Position numbers and translations under genes: made by a program
In this document: piece after piece, positions 1 through 8,824 of the stretch
Numbering within the stretch: the first letter of the stretch is position 1
How the letters are laid out: every line of letters begins with the position of its first letter
The notes under the pieces: model-generated
Database searches by the model: none
What the model was told of the DNA's origin: nothing
What the model saw: the letters and a program-made list of their open reading frames with translations, nothing else
Virus record (IMG/VR): IMGVR_UViG_3300045988_160259
Coordinates: 32,001 to 96,000 of that record
Length of the DNA: 64,000 nt
Direction: 5' to 3' (one strand)
From: a virus

Positions 1-1077
1 CTCTGCAACCATATCAGACCATTCTGATTCATCTAAATTTAAAGTTTTCATAATGGAAGCGTTACTAAGATCCATAACTTGCTTCATGGCCTTGCATGTC
101 TCCATATCAAAGCCGTTGACTTCGCCTTCTCGAAGATTAAGTTCTTTTATTTTCTTGATTTTACCAGTCCATGTGTTTTCACCCTTTTTTGCGTTTTTAT
201 TATGCTTTAACGAAATACAACTATCCTGGGCCAAACTTGTTATAACAGAAGTTATTTTTCCTTTACTTTCTTGCAGAGATTTTATTGTCGCAGAATTGCG
301 CTCGATTTGTGAAATATCAGACATTAATTTTGCTACAGTATCATCGATCTTTGACTGCTGCAAAAAACCACGTACAATAGAAATGGCAGAAGAAGTTCTC
401 ATCATATCTTCATTTGCATCTTCGCTTGAATCAAGAATTCCCAATAATTGAGAATATAGAAATGGCTGATCTGCGACATCTTCCTTTTCAAATGGATCAT
501 AACTTAACAATCGAATTACATCATTTTTGTTTTTTAAAAAGCTGTCATATGTATCAAGTCCAACATGCTCATTAATTACATCTTTCTCGCTTTTATTTTC
601 TTTTATAGGGTCTGGATCAGCATGTTGTTTAAAAATATCAGAATCAAAAAAAGTTAAACCTATATAATTTGTCATTTGTATATTTTTAATATACGAAGTC
701 CAAACATTGAATTTTTGCTTTCCTGTAACAGTGTTTTCTGATTCTGCAATTGACGAATTCCAAACCGTATCAAGAAACGGTTTTTGTAAATATTTTAATG
801 CTAATATAACACTCTCTTTTGTTGGTTCATGTTCATGTCCTTGTTTATCTACACGTAATGCAATTTTTCTAGCACAATCTCTACAAATAGGAGTACATGT
901 TTCACTACCATACATAGGATCAGTATTTACATAAAATTTTGTTTCTCTGTCTTTGTGTTTCTTACACATTAAACAAAATGCTGTTTTGTTATAGTTATCT
1001 AATTTATTTTGTAATTCAACAACTTTTTCTCTTGCTTGAGCAGCCGTTAATTTCGGTGCAGTTGCTTTTGTAGCCAA
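1..1077 (-). CDS. hypothetical protein with Cys4 zinc-ribbon (C-terminal part lies outside window)
   Basis: Reverse strand reads open from TTG at 1077 (in-frame TAA just upstream, AGGAGG at 1088-1093) to window edge; CLMC...CRDC motif; missing from ORF track only because truncated. Confidence 0.6.
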   Translation of the reverse strand, partial: MATKATAPKLTAAQAREKVVELQNKLDNYNKTAFCLMCKKHKDRETKFYVNTDPMYGSETCTPICRDCARKIALRVDKQGHEHEPTKESVILALKYLQKPFLDTVWNSSIAESENTVTGKQKFNVWTSYIKNIQMTNYIGLTFFDSDIFKQHADPDPIKENKSEKDVINEHVGLDTYDSFLKNKNDVIRLLSYDPFEKEDVADQPFLYSQLLGILDSSEDANEDMMRTSSAISIVRGFLQQSKIDDTVAKLMSDISQIERNSATIKSLQESKGKITSVITSLAQDSCISLKHNKNAKKGENTWTGKIKKIKELNLREGEVNGFDMETCKAMKQVMDLSNASIMKTLNLDESEWSDMVAE

Positions 1078-1107
1078 TTAACAGCCACCTCCTTTTGCTT
1101 TAATTAA

Positions 1108-1521
1108 TTAAGCACTTTCTGCAAGAGCAGATAAAGTGCTTTCTAAATATTCTACGTATTCATAATTTATATTTACTTGCAAATTATTTTCCGTAAACCA
1201 AGTAGCAAATTCTCCGGTATCGATTCTGTATAAAAAATCCAAAAAGTCAAATGGAGAGAATTTTGTATATCCATAATTGTCATGGAATAATTTATGTACC
1301 TCTTTGTTTATACATGCTCCATACCCATATAACATATGCAAATCTTTTAACGTTAATTTTAATTCATCGAAATCTTCTTTGTTATAATCACATACTTGCT
1401 GTTTTACTTCTATTCCTGTTATTTTAAAAACTTCATCAACAATATCTCTAAATGCTGTTGTATGATGTACATTATCAAATTCACCGCCAGTTATAACGCA
1501 TTTATAATTACAAAATTCCAT
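1108..1521 (-). CDS. HNH nuclease domain protein (C-terminal half of a homing-endonuclease-like gene)
   Basis: ORF track; CVITGGEFDNVHH ... NKEVHKLFH fits HNH motif; overlaps upstream ORF by 31 nt in another frame. Confidence 0.75.
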   Translation of the reverse strand: MEFCNYKCVITGGEFDNVHHTTAFRDIVDEVFKITGIEVKQQVCDYNKEDFDELKLTLKDLHMLYGYGACINKEVHKLFHDNYGYTKFSPFDFLDFLYRIDTGEFATWFTENNLQVNINYEYVEYLESTLSALAESA

Positions 1522-2393
1522 TGTGAATCATTGAACCAACCTTTTGTATCAGATCTTAACTCGACATAAGTAGAATTAATTCCACCTTTCCAACGACCAT
1601 TTTCTTCGCCAACTAATGGATTTAAATGTCTTGGATTTTTATCTCCAGCCCATTTTCCCTTTTGTCTTTCGCTTATCATTTTGCATTGTTCTGGGCTACG
1701 TCTTTTACCTTTCCACCATCCATTATGAGTCTTAAAATATTCTCTTTTTGTTTCAGAAATTTTCTTTCTGGATTCTTCAGATAATGCTCGCCCTTTCAAC
1801 TTTTCACTATTTTTTATACTTCTAGACAAATTAGCTCTAACTTGTGCATCGTAATTCTTGCCTTGCAAACCAAGAAGCGCTGCATGACATTCTATAGATC
1901 TAACGGTTCTATTTGGCAAAAATAAATTATGCAATTCTTCGCCAGTAAAATCTTTATATTTTTCTAACAATACATTATTTTCTTCATCCGTCCATTTTTC
2001 GGAAACTGTATAATTGGGATCAAGAAAACCAGATTCTTTTTTGCTGCATTCTCTACATACATTTCTTAAACCATCAATACAAGATAGATCGATAGGAAAA
2101 TATAATTTATTATTTGCTAAATCTCTATTGCATTTTTTACAATGTCGTGTCCCTGAATAAAATAAATCTTTATTTTTGTTTTTCTCAATAATCTTCAGAC
2201 GCTTTTCTTTATTAATTATTTTTTGACATTCTTTACATAAAGCATTTAATCGTCCAAGTTTTTTATTTGCATAAGAAAAGAATTCATTTGTATTCGGGAA
2301 TTCTTTTCCACATTTTGTACAAATTCTTGTTTTTGATTCAATACTTGTTCCATGAGTATATCCCATTTTTATTGTCTCGCTTTCCACTCGCAT
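1491..2393 (-). CDS. zinc-finger / Myb-SANT-like / NUMOD3 DNA-binding protein (N-terminal half of homing-endonuclease-like gene)
   Basis: ORF track; repeated CxxC pairs, WTDEENNVLLEKY Myb-like helix, NUMOD3-like repeats LSEESRKKISE and RSPEQCKMISE. Confidence 0.7.
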   Translation of the reverse strand: MRVESETIKMGYTHGTSIESKTRICTKCGKEFPNTNEFFSYANKKLGRLNALCKECQKIINKEKRLKIIEKNKNKDLFYSGTRHCKKCNRDLANNKLYFPIDLSCIDGLRNVCRECSKKESGFLDPNYTVSEKWTDEENNVLLEKYKDFTGEELHNLFLPNRTVRSIECHAALLGLQGKNYDAQVRANLSRSIKNSEKLKGRALSEESRKKISETKREYFKTHNGWWKGKRRSPEQCKMISERQKGKWAGDKNPRHLNPLVGEENGRWKGGINSTYVELRSDTKGWFNDSQWNFVIINAL

Positions 2394-2598
2394 AACAATT
2401 AAAAAAGAGTAGGAGAGTAGTGCGAGTGTCTACTATGCCAAAGCTCATGACTTCTCTGGTTTCCTACTCCAAAAAAAATTAATCACGCTCCACTGACAGA
2501 GCAATAAACACCAAACTGCTTATGATTACTTATTCTCCAATGAATTTAAAGAGAATAAAAATATAAAACATGAAACAAAATAAAGAAAGGTGATTTAA

Positions 2599-3081
2599 AT
2601 GTGTAAAACTATAACAACATCAGATGGTAAAGTATTAGAACCAATAACTCCATCTGAAGATCTCCAAAAACTACAGGAATTTTCTGATAAATTAATATCT
2701 GACACGAGTTATCAACAAATGCTGAATAGCAATATTAACATAAATATGTTTAAGAACATGCCCAAATTTCCATCTCCAGAAGAACGTTTAAAATTCCTTA
2801 CTGACAAAATGGACTCTATGCAATCTGAGCTTGAAAGTCAGACAGAAGCTATGAGAAAAATTCAGTGCGAAAACATGAAATTGAATGCACAAACTGAGAT
2901 ACAGAATAAAACATTAGATTCTAATTTGAAAGAATTGAATGAACTAAGAAATGTAAATGCAGAATTGAAAGCAATGAATAAAAATCTTGAAAATAGCAAT
3001 AGACACTATTGGCGAAATACTGCAATTATTTCATTTGTAATTGTACTAATATTTTATTTATTAGGTTTTATAACGCCTTAA
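2599..3081 (+). CDS. coiled-coil protein with C-terminal transmembrane anchor
   Basis: ORF track; AAAGGTGA 6 nt before ATG; heptad-rich middle, C-terminal NTAIISFVIVLIFYLLGFI; only plus-strand gene in this neighbourhood. Confidence 0.6.
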   Translation: MCKTITTSDGKVLEPITPSEDLQKLQEFSDKLISDTSYQQMLNSNININMFKNMPKFPSPEERLKFLTDKMDSMQSELESQTEAMRKIQCENMKLNAQTEIQNKTLDSNLKELNELRNVNAELKAMNKNLENSNRHYWRNTAIISFVIVLIFYLLGFITP

Positions 3082-3176
3082 AACAATAAAGCACAAAGCA
3101 GAATCCCAGCACATCCGCCAAGAATTCCACCAAACAATGCAGGATTAATCCTGTAAATTCCAGTCATACCTTTCAT
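3078..3176 (-). CDS. 32-aa glycine-rich hydrophobic peptide
   Basis: ATG at 3176 preceded by AAGGAGA; MKGMTGIYRINPALFGGILGGCAGILLCALLF; remainder of ORF-track ORF 3078..3308 is a translation of the tRNA-Leu gene. Confidence 0.5.
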   Translation of the reverse strand: MKGMTGIYRINPALFGGILGGCAGILLCALLF

Positions 3177-3204
3177 ATGTATGTCTCCTTTTATAAAAAA
3201 ATAA

Positions 3205-3287
3205 TACCGGCAGCGAGACTCGAACTCGCACTGCTCATAACAATCTGGGCTTAAACCAGATGTGTCTACCAATTCCACCATACCGGC
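3205..3287 (-). tRNA. tRNA-Leu(UAA): tRNA-Leu (anticodon UAA), long variable arm
   Basis: Manual cloverleaf: acceptor GCCGGTA/TGCCGGT (2 GU), anticodon arm TCTGG-TTTAAGC-CCAGA, T arm GCGAG-TTCGAGT-CTCGC. Confidence 0.85.
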
Positions 3288-3322
3288 ATACGGAGGCACT
3301 GCCTCCATTCGCTAATTATATA

Positions 3323-3412
3323 CGGAGCCTGTAGGATTCGAACCCACGCGCCGCTATTAACGGCCTATCAGTTTTCAGGACTGACCTCTTCAACCAACTT
3401 GAGTAAGACTCC
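3323..3412 (-). tRNA. tRNA-Ser(UGA): tRNA-Ser (anticodon UGA), long variable arm, C at position 33
   Basis: Acceptor GGAGTCT/AGGCTCC, anticodon arm TCAGT-CCTGAAA-ACTGA, T arm GTGGG-TTCGAAT-CCTAC; loop has C instead of the usual U33. Confidence 0.8.
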
Positions 3413-3421
3413 AAACAAAAA

Positions 3422-3505
3422 TGGGCAGAGCAGGAGTCGAACCTGCGGTGTTTCTAATGTAACGGATTTACAGTCCGTCGCTATCGCCACTAAGCACATC
3501 TGCCC
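3422..3505 (-). tRNA. tRNA-Tyr(GUA): tRNA-Tyr (anticodon GUA), long variable arm
   Basis: Acceptor GGGCAGA/TCTGCCC, anticodon arm ACGGA-CTGTAAA-TCCGT, T arm GCAGG-TTCGACT-CCTGC. Confidence 0.85.
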
Positions 3506-3547
3506 ACAAAAATAGGAGAGTAAACCGAAATATTGGATTCACTCTCC
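3506..3547 (-). terminator. rho-independent terminator after DUF262 gene
   Basis: GGAGAGT/ACTCTCC 7-bp hairpin (3515-3547) followed on minus strand by TATTTTTG. Confidence 0.6.
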
Positions 3548-3581
3548 ATAATAAAAATCATATTAAGTTATATCACAAAAC

Positions 3582-4556
3582 TTATAAATTCTCTACAATA
3601 TTATTCCAGTACTGCAGACGAGCTTTAACACCTGCTGACGAAGTAGTTCCAGACTGTACAAGTTGTTTATATTCTTCGTTAACATCATAGTTTTCAATGA
3701 ATTCATCTACGGCAGCACTAAATTTACGGAAGTCTTTGCTGTCTTTTAAGCATTTATATCCACCATAAAGAATCATTGGAATAGAAGTAGATTTTACTTT
3801 AATTGTATCACCCGTATTCAGAGCATCTAATACATCAGTCAATGTACTAATATCAGCAGCGTTAATATTTTCAGCATACCAAATAACAAAACTGTCGATA
3901 TCCTTTGCTCTAAAAGATGTAAAGTCATTTTCTTCATCTGTATTAATCAGCATAAGTGTCTCACGTACCAGGTCACGCTGAACATCTTTCTTATACTGTG
4001 CTGCGCTAAGAACCTTTTCAAAAAATTCATGATCTGCAAGACTGAAAATGACATCACTAACTTTTTCGCTTTCGATAGCGGTACGTTTCTGAGTGTTATT
4101 CAACGGTTTACCATTATTCTGACGAGTAAACATTTCACGAATATCTTCCCCAGTACAATCAGTAAATACGTAGATTGTCATCTCGTAATCATTCAGTTTA
4201 TCTTGTACTGCCTCATCAAGCTGTGCATATTTTTTACCAGCAATTTCATATACCTCGCCATCAACTGTAACTGGTTTTAAATTTTTAGCTAATCTAAAAC
4301 CATCTTTTTTAAAAAAGTCTCTTACTGTGGTAGCTCGCTGAACACCATCAAAAATTCTTCTTACATCATCAGATCCGACCTCACATCTAATTGGATCAAT
4401 CGGATATGGACGAAGCATAGAGTCAATCAGTAAACTTTTCTGACGATTACCCCACTGATTTTCCTGGCGTTGAAACTTGTGTTTCATACTGTATTTTCCT
4501 TTTGCGATATCTTTAGTAAAGTTCTTTGCACTCTGTCTTTTTACTACATAGTCCAT
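3582..4556 (-). CDS. DUF262 (ParB/Srx-fold nuclease-like, GmrSD N-terminal type) domain protein
   Basis: ORF track; FQRQENQWGNRQKSLLIDS ... FDGVQRATT matches the DGQQR signature of DUF262; no DUF1524/HNH half present. Confidence 0.7.
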   Translation of the reverse strand: MDYVVKRQSAKNFTKDIAKGKYSMKHKFQRQENQWGNRQKSLLIDSMLRPYPIDPIRCEVGSDDVRRIFDGVQRATTVRDFFKKDGFRLAKNLKPVTVDGEVYEIAGKKYAQLDEAVQDKLNDYEMTIYVFTDCTGEDIREMFTRQNNGKPLNNTQKRTAIESEKVSDVIFSLADHEFFEKVLSAAQYKKDVQRDLVRETLMLINTDEENDFTSFRAKDIDSFVIWYAENINAADISTLTDVLDALNTGDTIKVKSTSIPMILYGGYKCLKDSKDFRKFSAAVDEFIENYDVNEEYKQLVQSGTTSSAGVKARLQYWNNIVENL

Positions 4557-4765
4557 ACAAAATTACCTCCTGTATTTGATAATTTCACATTATCACAATA
4601 GGAAAATTTTGTAAAGGTACAGCACGTCCTTTTTATAAATATTTTTGCGATTTTTTGTATTTTTTGACGTCGCACATTTTCTCAGGTATGTGCCAATACC
4701 GATTCCTAGACGTCTGTCGGAGATTGCAGTTTGCGTGTTGCTACACGACCACCCATATTTTACTA

Positions 4766-4794
4766 TTGACAGATTTTTCCTCTTGCCATATAAT
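4766..4794 (+). promoter_or_regulatory. consensus sigma-70-type promoter
   Basis: TTGACA (4766-4771), exactly 17-nt spacer, TATAAT (4789-4794). Confidence 0.6.
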
Positions 4795-4799
4795 CTATA

Positions 4800-5200
4800 T
4801 GTGGGAGTTCACCCAGGCGTTTTGTTTACGGCTGGATGAAATGTTAAGGATTTTTCAGAGTCGCACCGGAGCAGTGATGCTTCGTTATATAGATACCCTT
4901 GCTAAGAAAGGAGGGTGATGCGATACGAATCATGTTTGGAATGTAATTAATGATACATATAGACTGATCAATGAGAGTAGCGTACTTTCAAAGACCGTCG
5001 CTGGTATTATTTCCGGACTAACTATTGAGCTTTTTCGAGATTTTAAACAAACAAAAAGAAACCACTAAATAAGTGATTTCTTCTCGTTTTACCAAAATCA
5101 GCCGTTTCCCCTCGGCTCTGAGAAATCCATCTGGATGGACATCCCAATTTTATATTCGATTTATTGAAAGCCACTTGACAATCAAGTGGTTATTTTTATT
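4800..5200 (+). ncRNA. candidate orphan transcript (no credible ORF) between consensus promoter and terminator
   Basis: Bounded by promoter 4766-4794 and terminator 5171-5200; GC-elevated; only 4-10 codon ORFs with canonical starts. Confidence 0.35.
5171..5200 (+). terminator. rho-independent terminator
   Basis: CCACTTG/CAAGTGG hairpin (5171-5189) followed by TTATTTTTATT. Confidence 0.7.
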
Positions 5201-5377
5201 ATTGTAATCGTGATTCAAAATAATTATTTTTATATTAAAGTATAAAACTTGCTTTATTTTCTTATATACTTGTATAATGTAATATACCTTATTTCAAACA
5301 AATTGTCAAGATGGGTATTGACAATTTACAAATTTGTAGTAAAATATCAGAATGTGATTTTGAAAGGTTGTTTCATA

Positions 5378-6448
5378 TTATAAATCAGACAAGGATTTTT
5401 GTTCGACTTTCCTTATACCGTCTTCACAAAAATATTTTTCAAACTCTTCATCAACTTCAATATCCTTATACACACTTACCATGTCAAGAGAAGACCATCC
5501 TATAAGCATCTGAATAACGTTATCCGGTAGACCACTGCGAGAACAAGCAGTCGTAAAGAAATGTCTGAGACTGTGAAAGTAGAAGTCAATTCCTAAAATT
5601 CTACTAAATGTTTCAGCCCAACTATTCAGTGTCTTTGCACTCATTGGTTCATCTATATATTCTCCATTCTTTTTCTTTGGGAATAGCCATTCTGATTCAA
5701 TTCCATGTTCTTTTCTATAATTCATCCATAAATCAAAATATGGTTTAAATGGTTTTGAAAGAACATATGCTGTTAGCATTTTTCCACGACTTCCACGCCC
5801 TTTAGTTTTTATTTTTTCTGGAGTTTTATATAGAGATCCATAAATGATATTTTTGTCATCGAAGTAATTTACCTTAAATCTCGGTAATTCACTTTTTCGA
5901 CGTCCAGAATTCATTGCTAAAGATAACATACAAGCCTTATCAAATTGTTGCTTTTCTACAAGATAATCAAGTAAATTTTGTAATTGTTCTTCCTCTAAGA
6001 CAGTTTTTACCATAACTTTTTCATTTACCGGATTTTCTATTTTTCTAACAATTGGACGATAATTTTCAAATTCATCATCCAACATATTTTCAACATAATT
6101 AGAAAGTGATGAGAGAGTGGATTTTACTCGTCTCATTCTAGCAGGACTCCATTTCCATTCCGTTAAACAGTAACTTTGATATTTTGAAATATCTCTCTTA
6201 GACAATTCTACAAAAAATTTGTTGTTGCAATGCTGTAACAAATATACCCAAAATATTTTTAGGTCATTCTTATACTGATCGATCGTTGATCCTGCTCTGT
6301 CAACCGATCGGAGATAATCAAGAAAATCATTTCCTAAATCTATATTCTCTGGATTAACCTGAGCTAATAATTCATTTGTTACAATACTATTGCGTTGGAC
6401 TTTTCTACCTGCTATTTTTCTCACTTCCTTCCAAAATAAAAGAAGCAA
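5378..6448 (-). CDS. tyrosine recombinase / phage integrase family protein
   Basis: ORF track; C-terminal HSLRHFFTT ... LIGWSSLDMVSVY fits the R-H-R-Y catalytic signature. Confidence 0.85.
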   Translation of the reverse strand: MLLLFWKEVRKIAGRKVQRNSIVTNELLAQVNPENIDLGNDFLDYLRSVDRAGSTIDQYKNDLKIFWVYLLQHCNNKFFVELSKRDISKYQSYCLTEWKWSPARMRRVKSTLSSLSNYVENMLDDEFENYRPIVRKIENPVNEKVMVKTVLEEEQLQNLLDYLVEKQQFDKACMLSLAMNSGRRKSELPRFKVNYFDDKNIIYGSLYKTPEKIKTKGRGSRGKMLTAYVLSKPFKPYFDLWMNYRKEHGIESEWLFPKKKNGEYIDEPMSAKTLNSWAETFSRILGIDFYFHSLRHFFTTACSRSGLPDNVIQMLIGWSSLDMVSVYKDIEVDEEFEKYFCEDGIRKVEQKSLSDL

Positions 6449-6470
6449 AATAGTATAAACTATTCTGCTT

Positions 6471-7121
6471 CTAAACTAATTTCATAAAATTGCTACATGG
6501 TTGATTTGTATTTTCTGTTATTTCGATGCAAATATTCCGCAATCCTTCAATTTCTTTCCCCTTTTTAACTCTTACGACAGAAAATATATCCCTTCCTTTC
6601 AACCAAGGATTAGGTTCATTGGAATAACCGTTATATAAAGGTTCTCCAACAACAACCATTCTATTTAACTCTGATTTAATTTCTTTCATTCTTTTTGAAT
6701 CTTCTTCTTTTGAATATTTGTGTTGTTCTTCATCATACTCAATAATCATATTTAATTCTGGCATGAAAAAATCAATTCTATAATTTAAAATTTGATATTG
6801 CGATATAATTATTTCGGATGGAAACATTTCTCTTAATAAACACTCAAATTTATATTCAAATCTTGGATTCATAGCAGAATATATGTATTTGGTATTTAAA
6901 ATATTTAACCCTTTATTAGTTAAAAAATAACACCGATATTTTTTATTCCTTGAGTTCTTATAGCTATGTAAAATAAAATCAGATTGCAAGGCTTGGTTTG
7001 TTTTAATAATATTATCAATATCTCTTAAAACTTGATCGTGCCTTTTTCCAAACTTTTCTGCAATATCATTGCTACTTGCTACCACTTGCCCTTTTTCTTC
7101 TTTTAAAATAATTTCGTTCAT
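6471..7121 (-). CDS. Rha-family regulatory protein fused to a restriction-endonuclease-like (DUF559/Vsr-like) domain
   Basis: ORF track; VVASSNDIAEKFGKRHDQVLRDI (Rha N-terminus); YRIDFFMPELNMIIEYDEEQH (PD-(D/E)xK-like). Confidence 0.7.
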   Translation of the reverse strand: MNEIILKEEKGQVVASSNDIAEKFGKRHDQVLRDIDNIIKTNQALQSDFILHSYKNSRNKKYRCYFLTNKGLNILNTKYIYSAMNPRFEYKFECLLREMFPSEIIISQYQILNYRIDFFMPELNMIIEYDEEQHKYSKEEDSKRMKEIKSELNRMVVVGEPLYNGYSNEPNPWLKGRDIFSVVRVKKGKEIEGLRNICIEITENTNQPCSNFMKLV

Positions 7122-7154
7122 TATATTTTGGTTTCTCCTTTTGCTAAGAAATAT

Positions 7155-7203
7155 ATTTTTTAGAAAAGGAGAATTGGTTGGTAATTATCCAACAAAGTTC
7201 TCC
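7155..7203 (-). terminator. rho-independent terminator downstream of tRNA-Trp
   Basis: Nested hairpin GGAGAA..GTTGG..CCAAC..TTCTCC (7168-7203) followed on minus strand by TTTTCTAAAAAA. Confidence 0.6.
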
Positions 7204-7354
7204 ATTGCTGGTGTGATAGGAACATACCCTATACATTCGTTCCACCAATAGAGATGAGATAGGAGAGCATTAACCATCCTATATTACTCATTACCAGGTT
7301 ATCCACCCGTCTCTAATCATTTATTCTCTGCACTCATTTGCAGAAAATTGTAAA

Positions 7355-7426
7355 CAGGAAGCCAGGGATTCGAACCCTGATTAACAGTTTTGGAGACTGT
7401 CGTGTTACCAATTACACTAACGACCT
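7355..7426 (-). tRNA. tRNA-Trp(CCA): tRNA-Trp (anticodon CCA) with two adjacent acceptor-stem mismatches
   Basis: D arm GTGT/ACAC, anticodon arm ACAGT-CTCCAAA-ACTGT, T arm CAGGG-TTCGAAT-CCCTG; acceptor AGGTCGT vs GCTTCCT leaves T4-T69 and C5-T68 unpaired. Confidence 0.65.
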
Positions 7427-7430
7427 GTAT

Positions 7431-7463
7431 TTGAGTGTGTAAGCTGCAGTCTTACACACTCAA
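7431..7463 (-). other. 13-bp perfect hairpin between CDS stop and tRNA-Trp 5-prime end
   Basis: TTGAGTGTGTAAG (7431-7443) / CTTACACACTCAA (7451-7463); no T-run, so processing site or structural element rather than classical terminator. Confidence 0.6.
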
Positions 7464-7468
7464 CAAAA

Positions 7469-8071
7469 TTATAAATAAAAACTTTTCAAAATCTCAGATA
7501 GACGATCCTTACTAACCTGTTCAGATGACCAATATGAAATAGAACTATATCCATTCTTATCATGCTTGCTACATGTAAATCCTTGTCCATCATCAGAGAA
7601 ATCTACATCCATAGAATCGTCCTTGGATCGTGAATCACAGTCGTAGTCATCACAATCATGGTGGTCGATCATATGGTCAGAGTTATCACTAGATTCTTCT
7701 TTCGTGATTTCAAATTCATATTTCATATCCGATTCAAAATATTTAACGCATTTAGAATTTGCATTTTCATCAAAAAATACAAATTTTGGGGATAGCATAC
7801 AATATCTTCCATCCAATTTTAGCTTCTCGCAAAATATTTCATCACACACAATACTGATAACATATTCGTCTTCATAGTTATCCCACTCAGGATCTGCTAA
7901 CTCAACAAATTTTAGATCATAATCGTAAAATACCAATTCTCTCAAAATTTCTTTTGCATTATCATACTTAGCAACAAAACTTACGTTTCGATCACAATCA
8001 TGTAGTAGCTCATAAGTCTCGACAACTACTTCGACTAATTCTTCGATACTTTTGCATTTCAATGTATGCAT
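7469..8071 (-). CDS. hypothetical acidic protein
   Basis: ORF track; co-oriented with neighbours, D/E/C-rich C-terminal half. Confidence 0.7.
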   Translation of the reverse strand: MHTLKCKSIEELVEVVVETYELLHDCDRNVSFVAKYDNAKEILRELVFYDYDLKFVELADPEWDNYEDEYVISIVCDEIFCEKLKLDGRYCMLSPKFVFFDENANSKCVKYFESDMKYEFEITKEESSDNSDHMIDHHDCDDYDCDSRSKDDSMDVDFSDDGQGFTCSKHDKNGYSSISYWSSEQVSKDRLSEILKSFYL

Positions 8072-8089
8072 ATAATCACCACCGATCTA

Positions 8090-8362
8090 TTAGAGAACAG
8101 CCTCTTTAAGAGCAGTAGCTGCCTTGAATTTCGGTGCTTTATAAGCAGCAACCATAATTGGTTCACCAGTCTGAGGATTACGTCTCTTAGATTCTGCCTT
8201 TTCTACAACCTTGAATTTTCCAAATCCTGCGATATTTACAGATTCTCCCTTAGCCATTGCATCTTTAATGGTAGCGAAAACGGCATCTACATATTTTGCT
8301 GCATCTTTCTGGGTTACTTCTAAGTTTGCTGCTACGGTTTTAATAATATCTTGTTTGTTCAT
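8090..8362 (-). CDS. hup: HU-family nucleoid DNA-binding protein
   Basis: MNKQDIIKTVAANLEVTQKDAAKYVDAVF ... GFGKFKVVEKAESKRRNPQTGEPI is a classical HU sequence; start moved to ATG 8362 (AAGGAGA upstream). Confidence 0.9.
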   Translation of the reverse strand: MNKQDIIKTVAANLEVTQKDAAKYVDAVFATIKDAMAKGESVNIAGFGKFKVVEKAESKRRNPQTGEPIMVAAYKAPKFKAATALKEAVL

Positions 8363-8824
8363 TTTAATATTCTCCTTTTGTTCAAATAAATTTTGCACTT
8401 ATGAAGTGCTTGTCTAATTTTTTATAATGTGTTATTCTTTATAAGTACGGAGCATCTTCCGTACTCTTGGACTGCCGGTTTTTCCAATGATAGAAAGTTT
8501 ATCAACGGAAGGCAGGTGATTTAGTATGGCGATGGTTTATTCACCAGAAACACCAGTGCATGTCAAAAGCTACTCACGTTTTCGTTATAATAAATGGGAA
8601 CAAGTGAGAGAGCATTGGCGTCACGAACCTAACCGTTAGGTAGGTACCTGCATCCTGATGACAGGATTGAATTCTCTGATAAAGTTCACTTCTAGAAATC
8701 AAGATGGCCGTCAGTCCTTCTTCTGTATTGTTTTAGTCATCGGCTTTTCCCGAGTTTTATACGTTTTGTTGTATAACAACGGAAAGTCATGAATTCTAGG
8801 TAGCCGATGACCTTCTTTATATGT

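Noticed and set aside
53-934. Plus-strand ORFs 53..451 and 707..934
   Set aside because: They lie antisense to a continuous, protein-like minus-strand reading frame (1..1077). They have odd Cys/Phe/Ser-rich composition and no SD.
3177-3308. N-terminal part of ORF 3078..3308, and likewise of ORF 12287..12577
   Set aside because: These segments are simply translations of the tRNA-Leu and tRNA-Ile genes. Only the SD-linked distal parts were kept.
4919-5068. Fst-like hydrophobic peptide as a type I toxin gene
   Set aside because: The frame has no ATG, GTG or TTG between the upstream TGA and the hydrophobic segment. The nearby SD is mis-spaced for this frame. It is kept only as a comment within the orphan-transcript finding.
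8655-8661. A second CTGATGA heptamer as a possible hammerhead core
   Set aside because: No GAAA follows a plausible stem II; the sequence continues CAGGATTGAATTCTCTGATAAAG. No UH site with matching stems I and III could be drawn either. The CTGATGA occurrences I noticed inside genes likewise lacked the second core strand. My scan was by eye and not exhaustive.
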